DNA of 64,000 nt, from contig OZ244197.1 of the NCBI GenBank assembly GCA_965216785.1, positions 1,728,001 to 1,792,000 on the forward strand, written 5' to 3'. Positions 29,642 to 40,840 of the stretch are shown piece by piece; the first letter of the stretch is position 1; every line of letters starts with the position of its first letter. The position numbers and the translations under genes are program-made. The notes under the pieces were generated by a model, which saw nothing but the letters and a program-made list of their open reading frames with translations, did no database searches and was not told the origin of the DNA. The stretch is from Thermodesulfobacteriota bacterium (lineage in GTDB: Bacteria > Desulfobacterota_D > UBA1144 > Nemesobacterales > UBA2774).

Positions 29642-32398
29642 TTAGCTCTCCTGAGCCTTTAATAGTAATAGGCCGAATGTTAGGTATGCGAATATAATGA
29701 TTACAAGAGCTAAATAGTTAATCGCGAGATCTCCAAAGTCGAGTGCTTTTGTAAAAGTTCCCATGCTGATGAGCTGAAAATATCCGTACGGGAATATAAG
29801 ACCCATTGCCTTTGCGCCCCCTGAAAGAGAGGATACCGGCGTAAAGTAGCCCGAGAAGTTAATTGCCGGGGTAACCGTGATAATAGCAGTTGCGAATATG
29901 GCGGCAATCTGTGTCCTTACCAAGGTGGAAACCATCATACCAAAGCCTGTAGTAGCAACTACATAGAAAAGAGCGCCCAAGGTGAGCGCGGCGAAGCTTC
30001 CCTTAACCGGGACTTTAAACAAAAAGAGGGATAGCAGCACAAGAGTGGCGAAATTAATCATAGCAAGCAGCACGTACGGGGCCTGCTTGCCCAGTAGAAA
30101 TTCGAGTTTTGTAACGGGGGTAGCATAGAAATTGGTAATCGAGCCTAGCTCTTTCTCGCGCACTACGCCTAGGGCCGTCATCATTGCCGGAATAAAAACG
30201 AGAAGTATCATGATCGTACCCGGTACCATTGCGAATACGCTTTTAAAATCCTGGTTGTAGCGAAAGCGCGTCTGTAAGCTGACGGGCAGGGTAGAGAGCC
30301 CCCGTCCATGATCTTTCATGGCTTGCTCTTCAAGGTAGCTTCGGTGAACGCCCTCTACATACCCGCGGCTCGTTTCAGCCCTATAGGGCATAGCGCCGTC
30401 GAGCCACACGCCCACTTCCGGCGTAGCCCCTCTCTTCAGGTCTTTCCCGAAGTCGGGGGGCATCTCAATCGCAAGTCTGAGCTCGCCGCTCCTGAGCCTA
30501 TGCTCAAGCTCTCTCTGGTCATAAATTGGAGGCGTCTCTTCAAAGTAGCGGGAGCCGGAAAAATTCTCGAGGTAGCGCCTGCTTTCGGGTGTGTTATCTC
30601 TGTCGAGCACGGCATAGGGGAGGTTTTCTACATCGAAAGTAATGCCGTATCCGAACACTATCATTAATATGATGGGGCCGAGCATAGCGAATGCCAGACG
30701 GATGGGGTCGCGCTTGATCTCCATTGCTTCGCGGCGCGCGTATGCCCACATACGCCCGAAATTCAGGATGCCGGGTCTTTGTTCTTTTCGGTCGTCGGTG
30801 TGGTGAGACGATATTTTCTCAGTTGTCTCTTGGTCGGTATTCTGTAAAATATCACCTTCGGCCTCTTCAAGATAGGCTATAAACGTATCTTCCAGGTTCT
30901 CGGAGGATTTACTCTCAATTAGCTCCCGGGGGCTTCCCTGCGCCAGCACTTTGCCCGCGTGCATTAATGATATGCGGTCGCACCGCTCCCCCTCATTCAT
31001 GAAATGTGTGGATATAAATATAGTTACGCCATCCTCTCTTGAAAGCTTAATCAAAAGCTCCCAGAAACCGTCTCTCGCAATCGGGTCGACACCCGAAGTA
31101 GGCTCGTCCAGAATCAGCATCCGGGGGGCGTGGATAAGAGCGACCGCGAGAGATAGCCGCTGCCTAATACCGAGCGGCAGCTTTTCGGGAAGCTCATTTT
31201 CAGATCCTTCAAGGCCGAAACGATCGATCATCTCCGATACCCGCTCGGGGATATATTCCCTGGGAAGATGAAAAAGGCGGGCGTGAAGTTCGAGGTTCTG
31301 CTTCACGGTGAGCTCGTTATACAGGGAAAAAGACTGAGACATATAACCGACCTGTTTTCTTATCTCCAAATCTCTTGCGTCTACGCTTTTCCCAAACAGA
31401 TAAGCTTCACCTTCAGATACGGGCAAAAGCCCGGTGAGCATTTTCATGGTCGTCGTTTTCCCGCAGCCGTTAGAGCCAAGGAAACCGAATATCTCGCCTT
31501 GCTCGATACGGAAGCTTACTTCGTCTACAGCGGTAAAGCTGCCAAAACGCTTGGTGAGATTCCTGGCTTCAATGGCTGTCTCGCCGACGTGATTTTGGTA
31601 CGGAGTAATCTCTAATTTTTTATAATACTTGCTCTCATCCTCGGGCATGAGATGTATAAACGCCTCTTCAAGGCTACTGGAGCCGTTTTGCTGTTTCAGC
31701 TGCTCTGGACTTCCGGTTTCGAGCACCCTTCCGTCGTTCATGGCGATGAGCCAGTCAAACCCCTCTGCCTCTTCCATATAGGCTGTAGCTATAATTACGC
31801 TCATTCCCTCACGCCTGTGACGGATGCGCTCGATTAGCTCCCAGAACTGACGTCGTGACAGGGGGTCGACTCCTGTTGTGGGCTCGTCTAGGATCAGGAG
31901 CGTAGGGTCGTGAATAAGAGCGCAGCAAAGACCGAGTTTCTGCTTCATACCCCCGGAGAGCTTGCCCGCGGGACGCGTGGAAAAAGGAGCGAGCCCGGTG
32001 CCTGTGAGAAGTTCCTTGATTCTCCATTCACGCTCTTTAGCAGACTGTCCGTAAAGGCGGCCGAAAAAATCCACATTATCGTAGACCGAGAGCGTCGGGT
32101 ACAGGTTCTTTCCGAGGCCCTGGGGCATGTAGGCTATGCCCGGGCAAATATCGGCTCTGTTCGAGGACACGGACATGTCCGACCCCAGTACCTCCACCTT
32201 ACCTCTTTGGATCTTGCGAACGCCGGATATAAGCGAGAGCATTGTGGACTTGCCCACACCGTCAGGGCCGATAAGCCCCGCCATGCATCCTGAGGGTATC
32301 TCTATACTTACATTGTCCAAAGCTTTGGTTTTGCCGTAGATTTGCGAGACGGCGGTGAGGCGCGCTACAGGTGCAGTCACATAAGAGCGTTCGCTCAT
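29642..32398 (-). CDS. rbbA: Ribosome-associated ATPase / ABC transporter RbbA
   Basis: Two ABC domains ([30 protein letters not shown]) fused to a permease. Confidence 0.92.
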   Translation of the reverse strand: MSERSYVTAPVARLTAVSQIYGKTKALDNVSIEIPSGCMAGLIGPDGVGKSTMLSLISGVRKIQRGKVEVLGSDMSVSSNRADICPGIAYMPQGLGKNLYPTLSVYDNVDFFGRLYGQSAKEREWRIKELLTGTGLAPFSTRPAGKLSGGMKQKLGLCCALIHDPTLLILDEPTTGVDPLSRRQFWELIERIRHRREGMSVIIATAYMEEAEGFDWLIAMNDGRVLETGSPEQLKQQNGSSSLEEAFIHLMPEDESKYYKKLEITPYQNHVGETAIEARNLTKRFGSFTAVDEVSFRIEQGEIFGFLGSNGCGKTTTMKMLTGLLPVSEGEAYLFGKSVDARDLEIRKQVGYMSQSFSLYNELTVKQNLELHARLFHLPREYIPERVSEMIDRFGLEGSENELPEKLPLGIRQRLSLAVALIHAPRMLILDEPTSGVDPIARDGFWELLIKLSREDGVTIFISTHFMNEGERCDRISLMHAGKVLAQGSPRELIESKSSENLEDTFIAYLEEAEGDILQNTDQETTEKISSHHTDDRKEQRPGILNFGRMWAYARREAMEIKRDPIRLAFAMLGPIILMIVFGYGITFDVENLPYAVLDRDNTPESRRYLENFSGSRYFEETPPIYDQRELEHRLRSGELRLAIEMPPDFGKDLKRGATPEVGVWLDGAMPYRAETSRGYVEGVHRSYLEEQAMKDHGRGLSTLPVSLQTRFRYNQDFKSVFAMVPGTIMILLVFIPAMMTALGVVREKELGSITNFYATPVTKLEFLLGKQAPYVLLAMINFATLVLLSLFLFKVPVKGSFAALTLGALFYVVATTGFGMMVSTLVRTQIAAIFATAIITVTPAINFSGYFTPVSSLSGGAKAMGLIFPYGYFQLISMGTFTKALDFGDLAINYLALVIIIFAYLTFGLLLLKAQES

Positions 32399-32399
32399 T

Positions 32400-33389
32400 T
32401 TAATATCCGGTGTGCCGATCTAAATTTTCAGGCCACCGAGCTTTCGGGTCGACTTTAACGAATGCCATGCCCGGGAGCCCGGGTTTTATCCAGACCTCGT
32501 ATTTTTCTACAGTTTCGGGCGCTATGCTGACCTTCACGCGGAAAACCAGCTTTTGGCGCTCCTTGGCGGTTTCAACTTCTTTTGGTGTGAACTGAGCTTT
32601 GGAGGCGACGAAGGACACCCTGGCGGGAATTGCGAGCTCGGGAGCCGCGTCAAGCACTATCCTGCTCTCAGCGCCAATTGCCAGTATGCCCGCATCTTCC
32701 ATAGGCAGGAATACGCTCATATAAACATCCGAAAGGTCGATAATAGTGAGCACTTTTCCTCCGGCTGAGATAACTTCGCCGGGCTCGGCGAGACGGTACT
32801 GGACGCGGCCGCCGAAGGGGGTTTTGAGGACGCTGTCTCTTATGTCTACTTCGAGCCTTTCAGTTTGGGCCTTCGCAGCGTCAATCGCGGCTTCCGCATT
32901 TGCAACGTCAGCCCTTGCCGCGTCGCACATGGCTTTTGCCACTTCGTATTTTGCTCTATCCTGATCGAGTTTTTGTAGCGAGATGTTTCCGTTTTCATAA
33001 AGGCGTTTTGACCGGAGTAAATCTCTTTTTGTTAACTGGCATTCACTTTCACGCTGCGCGACTACCGCGAGCGCTGTACTGCGCTGTTTCTCCGCGCTGA
33101 TTTCAGATGCTTTAGCCTCCCTCAGCTGAGCTTCGAGAGATTCGGTATCCATCCGTGCTACAACCTGACCGGCTTGTACGTCGTCACCTTCATCTACCAA
33201 AATCTCAGAAACTCTCCCATAAAACTTTGTGGCAATGTCGACCTCGGTTGCTTCAAGGCGGCCATTCCCAGACGCGATACCCACCAGGGGCGGTACTCTA
33301 TAGTACTCCCACCATACGTAGGAGCCCGCAATCGCCGTAATAATCACCAGCGCCCCAATCACCGTAAAACTTAACTTGCTCTTAGTCAT
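32400..33389 (-). CDS. yhiI: HlyD-family membrane fusion protein (YhiI-like)
   Basis: [38 protein letters not shown]. Confidence 0.88.
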   Translation of the reverse strand: MTKSKLSFTVIGALVIITAIAGSYVWWEYYRVPPLVGIASGNGRLEATEVDIATKFYGRVSEILVDEGDDVQAGQVVARMDTESLEAQLREAKASEISAEKQRSTALAVVAQRESECQLTKRDLLRSKRLYENGNISLQKLDQDRAKYEVAKAMCDAARADVANAEAAIDAAKAQTERLEVDIRDSVLKTPFGGRVQYRLAEPGEVISAGGKVLTIIDLSDVYMSVFLPMEDAGILAIGAESRIVLDAAPELAIPARVSFVASKAQFTPKEVETAKERQKLVFRVKVSIAPETVEKYEVWIKPGLPGMAFVKVDPKARWPENLDRHTGY

Positions 33390-33554
33390 AGGTCCTACTC
33401 TTTACCTACACTCCGAATCATCCTTTAAGTGTAAGCTCTGATATCAATCATAAAGCAATATTTTACGCATATAAATATAGTCGTAGATATTTTACCCGCC
33501 TGCCAGCACATATGGTTAACAATAATACTTTATCTATAAAACACGCTTTTTTAT

Positions 33555-33570
33555 CGCAAACAGGATGCCA
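33555..33570 (-). promoter_or_regulatory. Sigma54 -24/-12 promoter for yhiI-rbbA-yhhJ
   Basis: TGGCATC-CTGT-TTGCG. Confidence 0.7.
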
Positions 33571-33913
33571 GTTAATAAAAACTCGCAGCTACAGTTTTGA
33601 CTGATCTAAGCTAGGGAACTGTCGGAGGTACGGGGGCTGTGGACATAATGAAAAAAGCTGTGCTCCAAAAAGGCTGGCAACAAAGATAGAAATAAACAAG
33701 AGTGAATGGACTATAGTATGGTTAAAGCCATAATACTTTAGTATGGTATTAAGGTGAATTATAAGTCAAAAATCATTTGATATATACTACTCAAGCCTAA
33801 TTTACATTAATACTCATTAATAATACAATGGAACTTACGGGTCGGTAGCCTTAGATTTTTCTTGTACGTTTGCGGAAGTAATACATTTTAATCTGTAAAA
33901 TATATTCGTATAG

Positions 33914-35215
33914 ATGGGTCGAATAGAAATGTCTACTTCTTTACGCCAAAGACACATATATAAAAATGATTCTGATACATCTTCCTTAAAGTCACGCTTA
34001 AAAACCTTGGCGCGGACAACGCTAGAGTTGCAAAAGAGTGAAAAGCGCTTTAGGTCCCTCATTGAAAATGTGTCGACCGGCATATATAGGTTTACTTCCT
34101 GCGGCAAAATTTTAGATGCGAATCCGGCGTTCATAAGGATGCTTGGTTTTTCCTCTATTGAAGAATTAGCCGTAAACGGGTTTGAAAACCAAAACTTTAG
34201 ATCCGAGCTTTCCTGGGAAAAAATTAAAGAGACTATAGAGATAGAGGGAGAAATAAATGGCCTGGAATCCGTATGGAATAAACGGGGCGGCACTGAAATA
34301 TATGTTTTAGAAAATATTTACGCAGTTAGATCAAGCGACGGGAATGTACTGTTTTATGAAGGAACAGCCGAAGATATAACCCAGCGCAAGGCAGAGCAGG
34401 ATAAGATGAAAGAGGATATCTTATATCTGGAAAAAAAGATTAATAGAAGAACCGCTCAACTGATGATTGCCAACGATTTACTGCGAAAAGAAGTGGCTGA
34501 GAAAAAGCAAAAAGGTAAAGAACTTAGAAACTCAAATAAGCAGCTTCGCGCGCTTACAAATCATCTGGAGTCGGTACGCGAAGAAGAAAGAACTAAAATA
34601 TCGCGCGAAGTTCATGATGGATTGGGTCAATCAATGGTATGTTTGAAAATAGACCTGGAGTCGTTAAATAAACAGATCAAGGAAATGTGCGACAAGCCTC
34701 AGATTGAAATGGTCAATGAAACGATCAAGAAGATGGCCGCTCTCATTGATTTCAATATACAGTCTGTTCGAAGGATAGCGATGGAGCTTAGACCGGGAGT
34801 GCTTGATGATCTGGGAACAGTCGCAGCAATCGAATGGCAGGCACAGGATTTTGAAAAACTGACCGGTATTAAATGCATATTTAATTCTGAAGTAAAGGAT
34901 ATCCCGTTGGATCGGGATTCCTCTACGGCTATATTCCGCATCTTTCAGGAGATACTAACTAATATTTCGCGTCATGCCGAAGCAACTACGGTCAAAGTGA
35001 ATATAAAAGAGCGCCGCAACAAATACGTACTACAGGTCGAGGATAACGGAATAGGAATTTCGACGAAAGAGATTTCAGCCCCGCAGTCCTTAGGACTACT
35101 GGGGATGAAGGAAAGAGCACTGCTTATCGGGGGCAATACGAAGATAGTTGGCAAACACAAAAAGGGAACGAAGATTACAGTCACTGTCCCTATGGCGAGG
35201 CGTGGAAATGATTAG
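33914..35215 (+). CDS. Cytoplasmic PAS histidine kinase (HisKA_3, NarX/UhpB type)
   Basis: PAS/PAC, EEERTKISREVHDGLGQ, FRIFQE.LTN..RHA, DNGIG, GLLGMKER. Confidence 0.92.
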   Translation: MGRIEMSTSLRQRHIYKNDSDTSSLKSRLKTLARTTLELQKSEKRFRSLIENVSTGIYRFTSCGKILDANPAFIRMLGFSSIEELAVNGFENQNFRSELSWEKIKETIEIEGEINGLESVWNKRGGTEIYVLENIYAVRSSDGNVLFYEGTAEDITQRKAEQDKMKEDILYLEKKINRRTAQLMIANDLLRKEVAEKKQKGKELRNSNKQLRALTNHLESVREEERTKISREVHDGLGQSMVCLKIDLESLNKQIKEMCDKPQIEMVNETIKKMAALIDFNIQSVRRIAMELRPGVLDDLGTVAAIEWQAQDFEKLTGIKCIFNSEVKDIPLDRDSSTAIFRIFQEILTNISRHAEATTVKVNIKERRNKYVLQVEDNGIGISTKEISAPQSLGLLGMKERALLIGGNTKIVGKHKKGTKITVTVPMARRGND

Positions 35216-35843
35216 AGTTCTAATTGCTGACGACCATCCGGTGGTGGGAATGGGTTTAAAATCAATTCTTGAGAAGGAAGCCGACATTTCCGTAAGTAAT
35301 CTGGCGAGAACCGCCAGGGAAACTCTGGAGTCTGTCCGTAATACGGATTTTGATATTTTATTGCTCGATATATCTTTGCCGGATATGAGCGGACTTGAAG
35401 TGTTACGTCAATTGAAAAGCGAATATCCTGAAATCAATGTATTGGTAATAAGCATGTACTCCGAGGACTTATATGCCGTAAGAGTTCTGAAGGAAGGCGC
35501 TTCTGGGTATTTGACCAAGGACAGCGCACCAGAGGATCTTGTAAAAGCGGTGAGGAAAGTAAATGCGTGCGGTAAATATGTGAGCTCCTCCCTTGCTGAA
35601 AAATTGGCTTTCGGCCTCGCGGATGATTTTGACGAGCCTCCGGATAAAGCCCTGTCCAACCGTGAATTTCAAGTCATGTGCATGATCGCAAACGGCAAAA
35701 CAATAAAGGAAATATCCCACGAGCTTTATTTAAGCGAAAAAACTATCAGCACGTACCGCACCCGAATTTTGAAAAAAATGAATATGAGGACAAACGCTGA
35801 ATTGATCAACTATTCTATAAAGAATAATCTGATTCTTTCTTGA
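35208..35843 (+). CDS. NarL/UvrY-family response regulator
   Basis: IADDH, LLDI, GYLTK, LuxR HTH LSNREFQV...LSEKTISTYR. Confidence 0.93.
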   Translation: MIRVLIADDHPVVGMGLKSILEKEADISVSNLARTARETLESVRNTDFDILLLDISLPDMSGLEVLRQLKSEYPEINVLVISMYSEDLYAVRVLKEGASGYLTKDSAPEDLVKAVRKVNACGKYVSSSLAEKLAFGLADDFDEPPDKALSNREFQVMCMIANGKTIKEISHELYLSEKTISTYRTRILKKMNMRTNAELINYSIKNNLILS

Positions 35844-36053
35844 GCGTCGATCGGCGTTCTGCTGAATGTGGTTTGATAAAATTTATCCTGCAACAATCAA
35901 TCTCACCCAATTTATAATCCTACCTTAGTGTATTTACTTTTTTATGCCCGCTTTTTCTAGACCCAAGAGCGCGCTATTAGAGTATGAATGTGTGGATTTA
36001 TACTCCGGTTTCCCAATATTTTCCAGAATTGTTTTTTGCTTGGCTTCTCTGAG

Positions 36054-36072
36054 TGTAGGACAAATGCCTACA
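36054..36072. promoter_or_regulatory. Inverted repeat TGTAGG-N7-CCTACA (putative regulator site)
   Basis: Intergenic palindrome plus an extra half-site AATCCTACA at 36086-36094. Confidence 0.45.
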
Positions 36073-36173
36073 AAAGAAATTGCAAAATCCTACACCAATA
36101 ATAGAGCTTGTCTGATATTCATTTAATAAGCGTTGTATTAGTATGGGTACATGTGCTTAGTTACGGGGGAAGA

Positions 36174-36566
36174 ATGAAGATTTTGGTTGTGGATGATTCG
36201 AGGATTATTCGAGAGAGGTTGGTAAATATACTTGACGTGATTAATGGAGTGTGTGTTGTTGAGCAGGCGGAAGATGCGGAGAACGCACTCACAGCTTATC
36301 ACAAGTTGAGGCCGGAGGTTTTAATACTGGATATCCATATGCATGGAGTAAATGGTATTGAGCTGTTGCAGCAGATTAAGAGTGAGCAATATGCTCCCTA
36401 CGTTATCATGCTCACAAACTTCCCATACCCTCAGTATAGAAAAAAATGCTTTGAAGAAGGGGCGGATTATTTTCTAGATAAGTCAACAGAGTTTGATGAA
36501 ATAAATGTCATTATAAGAAATATGGTAGAAGAGCACGAATTAGTTATGTGCTCGGACAAAGATTGA
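36174..36566 (+). CDS. Single-domain response regulator
   Basis: VVDDS, ILDI, MLT, FLDK. Confidence 0.9.
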   Translation: MKILVVDDSRIIRERLVNILDVINGVCVVEQAEDAENALTAYHKLRPEVLILDIHMHGVNGIELLQQIKSEQYAPYVIMLTNFPYPQYRKKCFEEGADYFLDKSTEFDEINVIIRNMVEEHELVMCSDKD

Positions 36567-36598
36567 AACGAACTGGGTTAAAGAGCATGAGGGATTAA

Positions 36599-37180
36599 AT
36601 GGGTATAGTGGCAAACAGAATAAATCACAGGTTGGAACATGCGGATGTGATATATACGGGCGAAGTTCCCGATGCGTCCGCAGATAAGTTGTGGTATGTG
36701 GTTTACACAATTGTGAGGCATGAGAAAACTGTAAACTCCTTGCTTTTGAATAAGGGCATCGAGACTTTTCTACCTTTGAGGGAAGTTTTGACTCAATGGA
36801 AAGACAGAAGAAAAAAAGTACAGTTCCCGCTTTTTCCCGGATACATGTTCGTAAGGATATTTGAGAAAGACACCAGCGTCTTACTTAATGTTTTGAATAC
36901 GAGAGGTGTTATAAAAATTCTGAGCTCAAACGGTAGCTACGAGGTCGTACCTGCCGGGCAGATAGATTCGATAAAACTTCTTTTGGAAAAAAACGTTGAG
37001 CTTGACCCTTACCAATATTTTGTCAAAGGGAAAGAGGTTGTAGTGGTAAACGGGCCTCTGCAGGGTGTGAACGGAATAATTGTAGAAAGAAAGGGACAGA
37101 ACAGACTTATTGTGTCGATTGATATCATTAAGCGTTCTGTTTCAGTTGAAGTAGACCCGGCTGATTTAGAATTGGTATAG
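36599..37180 (+). CDS. UpxY/RfaH/LoaP-type NusG-family antiterminator
   Basis: WYVVYT..RHEK, WKDRRKKV..PLFPGY.FV, KOW V.V..GPL.G. Confidence 0.9.
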   Translation: MGIVANRINHRLEHADVIYTGEVPDASADKLWYVVYTIVRHEKTVNSLLLNKGIETFLPLREVLTQWKDRRKKVQFPLFPGYMFVRIFEKDTSVLLNVLNTRGVIKILSSNGSYEVVPAGQIDSIKLLLEKNVELDPYQYFVKGKEVVVVNGPLQGVNGIIVERKGQNRLIVSIDIIKRSVSVEVDPADLELV

Positions 37181-37335
37181 GAAATTTTATAGCTGGGTAT
37201 AAGCGTATTTTTTATCTGATTTTATGTAAGTGAGGTGGCGAAGCTGTGTCAACTATGGGGTTAAAGGTCAGTGGTTCTGACAAAGATAATAATAGGTGTG
37301 GTTACTTTCCTTTTAATTTATTCAGGGGGGGTATT

Positions 37336-38358
37336 ATGAATAAAAAAACATCATTTTTCATTTTTTTACTGGCAGCCATGATCACCGGGTGCGGCGGTGG
37401 AGGAGGGTCTGTAAATACTTCTCAGATGGCGCGCCAGGATTACGAGTCCTCTCAGGCGGTCGGTGATATTAATTCCAGGCTGCTTTCAATGGGATCGTCG
37501 AGGACAACTGAAACACTGCCGAGTTTGAAAGCGCCGGAAGGATATCTTATTGGTCCTGCGGACTTACTTGAAGTCAGGGTTTTCGAATCCGATAAGTTAA
37601 CTACTACCGTGAGGGTAAGTTCAAGGGGAGAGATCACGGTGCCTCTCCTTGACAATGTCTACGTTGACGGACTCACAGCAAGGGAAGCGGAGATCCGCTT
37701 AGAGAACCTTTTGAGGGATGGTGATTATATAGACAATCCTCACGTGGGAGTATTCGTAGTCGAGCACAAGAGTAAAGTTGTATCGGTAATGGGCTATGTA
37801 AATCAGCCTGGCAGCTATGAGCTTCTGGGCGGGCGGACTTTGCTGGATGTTTTAGCATCCGCGCAGGGGTTAAATGAAAAAGCCGGAACAACAGTATTTG
37901 TAACCAGAAGCCAAGAAGACGGGAGTAAAGATTCCTATCTTATAGATCTTGATGACCTTGTTAGCAGCGGCACCCCAGATAGCAATCTAGAGCTTAAACC
38001 CGGTGATTTGGTATATGTACCTGAAGCCGCAAATGTTTTTGTTGAAGGTGCTGTGCGCCAACCGGGCGCATATCCGATAAACGAGGGAAAAACTACCCTT
38101 ACCGAGGCTGTAATAATGGCCGGTGGGGTCGCGAGTATTGCTAATGACGATGTGACACTAATTCGTTATCTCGGCAACGGAAACAAAGAGGTCGTGAATC
38201 TTAATCTAGACAGTATCCAGTCGGGTCAAGAAAAAGACCCTATTCTAAATGAAAAGGACGCGGTTATCGTAGGAGCGAGCGGACTCAAGAGTTTTCTTTA
38301 CGGCTTTAAAATCAGCATATTCGGTTTGGGGGGAATTGGTTTCGATCCTCCCAATTAA
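37336..38358 (+). CDS. wza: Polysaccharide export lipoprotein Wza
   Basis: Lipobox ITGC, YLIGPAD, SLBB repeats. Confidence 0.9.
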   Translation: MNKKTSFFIFLLAAMITGCGGGGGSVNTSQMARQDYESSQAVGDINSRLLSMGSSRTTETLPSLKAPEGYLIGPADLLEVRVFESDKLTTTVRVSSRGEITVPLLDNVYVDGLTAREAEIRLENLLRDGDYIDNPHVGVFVVEHKSKVVSVMGYVNQPGSYELLGGRTLLDVLASAQGLNEKAGTTVFVTRSQEDGSKDSYLIDLDDLVSSGTPDSNLELKPGDLVYVPEAANVFVEGAVRQPGAYPINEGKTTLTEAVIMAGGVASIANDDVTLIRYLGNGNKEVVNLNLDSIQSGQEKDPILNEKDAVIVGASGLKSFLYGFKISIFGLGGIGFDPPN

Positions 38359-38389
38359 TTTAACTTAGGATTAACGGGAAAGAACAACT

Positions 38390-40705
38390 ATGGACGATAA
38401 GTTGAATGGAACGGGCAGGCAGATTACCGAAGTTGAGGTCATGGATTTAGATGACCAGCATAAAGACCAAAGACCTTCTTTAAATCAATCGGACTACGAT
38501 ATATACATTGAAGAATCGTCAGGTCTGAATGATTACATATATGTAATCAAAAGAAGAAAATGGGTCGTGTTGGCATGTCTTTTTATATCGATCTTCATTG
38601 TAGGCGTTGTAACCGTCATGATGGAGAAGATATATCAGGCTACGATAATGGTTGAAATTGCGCCTGAAAATCCTAAAGTAACAGGGTTTCAGGAGGTAAT
38701 GGATCTTCAAATACAGCAACAGGATGAGTTTTATGAGACTCAGTATAAGCTTTTGAAAAGCAGGTCTTTGGCTCTAGAGGTAATAAATGAATTAGACCTG
38801 AAATCACATCCTGAATTTGACGTCAACAAGAAGCCGGGAACGATAACTGTCATTAAAAATACAATCATTAATGCGATAAATAATGCTTTACCTTCAAAAA
38901 AAGATGAATACCCTGTTGAACAACATAAGGAGCTTTCCGAACAAGAAAAGCTGGTTTCCGCCTTCTTATACAGAGTAAAAGTTACTCCTGATAGAGACTC
39001 CAGACTGGTTCAAGTTAGTTTTGAGAGTGTGGATCCCAAACTTTCAGCCCTTGCTGTTAATACCCTGGCGGATCAATACATCGAGTGGGTACTGGAAAAG
39101 AAGCTTGGTGTTACAAAGTCTGCGGTTCAATCCCTTAGTAAACAGCTTAGTAAAGTTAAAGCGAAGCTTGAAAAAACTCAGGATGAGCTAAGCCAATTCG
39201 CAAAAAAATGGGATATTGTGTCTTTAGATAAGGATCTCAATCTTACCTACAAACAACTTGCCGATCTAAACAATGCGCTTGCGAAAGCGGAAACGGAAAG
39301 ACTCTCTCGGGAAGCCCTCTATGAAGAAGTGAAGGCTGGGAATTATGAATTATTACCGCAGGTGATAAATGATCCAACCATTCGTGCTCTTAAAACAGAG
39401 TATGTAAAGCTTAAATCTCAGTACGACCACCTCGATGCCAGATTTGGCCCGAATTACCCTGAAATGAAAGAATTAAGCGCTCAAGTCGCGAGGGTTCAAA
39501 GTGAGATACAAAGCCAGTTGGATGAAATTTCGCGAAGCATTAAAAAGGGCTACACAGCGTCTAAGAAATTGGAAGATATGCTAAGACAAAGAACTGATGT
39601 ACAGAAAACGCGCGCCGGGGAGCTAAATGAGCTGGCGACCCATTATCAAATGCTGGAGGGTGAGGTTGCTACGAATAAAGGTATATATCAGAATCTGCTC
39701 CAGCGACTTAAGGAAACAGAAGTAACATCGGGCATAAGAGCGACCAATGTACAGGTTATTGACTATGCGTTTCCCCCACTCAGCCCGTATAAGCCCAATC
39801 TATTATTCAATACCTTTATTGCTGCTGTCATGGGGCTTATGGCGGGAGTAATGCTGGCGTTTGGGTTCGAGCACTTTGATCAAACGATCCGTGATGAAGT
39901 AGACGTTAAAAAAAGATTGCCGATACCGTTTATGGGTAAGATACCGGCAGTAGAAAAAAGTGAGAGACGATCTCTTGAAAAGGTCGTTTATACAAACCCT
40001 CTGTCTAAAGTATCTGAAGCTTTCAGAGTGCTTAAAACTTCGGTCCTGTATTCATTGCGCGATCAAGGAACCCCTAAAGCACTTCTGGTAACAAGCACGC
40101 AGCCCCTAGAGGGAAAGACAACAGTGTCTTGTAATTTAGCCCTTACTATGGTTCAGTCGGGTTTAAGTGTAGTTTTGGTGGACGCAGATTTAAGAAGGCC
40201 GCGTCTTCACAACATTTTCTTGAAAAACGTCAAAAATGGGCATGGTTTGAGCTCGTACCTTAGTGAGGAGCCTGATTCCGATATTCCAAATATTATTTAT
40301 CCTTCTGAAATTAACGGACTGGATATCATTCCTGCAGGTCCAATTAAGCTCAATCCCGCCGATTTGATAGATTCTAAACGGATGAAAGATTTACTTGATA
40401 ATTTGGTCAAGAAATACGATCACGTAATTTTGGACAGTATTCCGGTAATGGAATTGGCCGACACGCGTCTTCTTTCAAGACAAGTTGACAGTGTTCTGCT
40501 TGTTGCTAGCGTAGGAATTGCGCGCAGGGAAGTGCTGCAAAACAGCGTGGAGGAACTTGTAAAAGTAGGGGCGAGGATTATAGGGGTTGTGATTAATAGA
40601 CTCGACTACGGCAGCAGGTATGGAAATGCGTATGACTACTATTATCTGTCAGAAGATGCTGAAAAGAAAAAGTTTAGTGGTGATAACTTATTTGATCGGT
40701 CATAG
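38390..40705 (+). CDS. wzc: Polysaccharide co-polymerase / tyrosine autokinase Wzc
   Basis: Two TM with coiled coil, STQPLEGKTT, VDADLRRP, C-terminal Tyr cluster. Confidence 0.93.
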   Translation: MDDKLNGTGRQITEVEVMDLDDQHKDQRPSLNQSDYDIYIEESSGLNDYIYVIKRRKWVVLACLFISIFIVGVVTVMMEKIYQATIMVEIAPENPKVTGFQEVMDLQIQQQDEFYETQYKLLKSRSLALEVINELDLKSHPEFDVNKKPGTITVIKNTIINAINNALPSKKDEYPVEQHKELSEQEKLVSAFLYRVKVTPDRDSRLVQVSFESVDPKLSALAVNTLADQYIEWVLEKKLGVTKSAVQSLSKQLSKVKAKLEKTQDELSQFAKKWDIVSLDKDLNLTYKQLADLNNALAKAETERLSREALYEEVKAGNYELLPQVINDPTIRALKTEYVKLKSQYDHLDARFGPNYPEMKELSAQVARVQSEIQSQLDEISRSIKKGYTASKKLEDMLRQRTDVQKTRAGELNELATHYQMLEGEVATNKGIYQNLLQRLKETEVTSGIRATNVQVIDYAFPPLSPYKPNLLFNTFIAAVMGLMAGVMLAFGFEHFDQTIRDEVDVKKRLPIPFMGKIPAVEKSERRSLEKVVYTNPLSKVSEAFRVLKTSVLYSLRDQGTPKALLVTSTQPLEGKTTVSCNLALTMVQSGLSVVLVDADLRRPRLHNIFLKNVKNGHGLSSYLSEEPDSDIPNIIYPSEINGLDIIPAGPIKLNPADLIDSKRMKDLLDNLVKKYDHVILDSIPVMELADTRLLSRQVDSVLLVASVGIARREVLQNSVEELVKVGARIIGVVINRLDYGSRYGNAYDYYYLSEDAEKKKFSGDNLFDRS

Positions 40706-40840
40706 GAGTTTTTATTTCAACAATGCCGCTATCTATGGCCCATAGCTGTGCTGGTTTTCCTGAAGATCAAATTCAAGTGGCTTTGCCTTCGATCGATACC
40801 TGATTTAACTCATTTAAAAAAATTACAGGAGGTGTGGACA

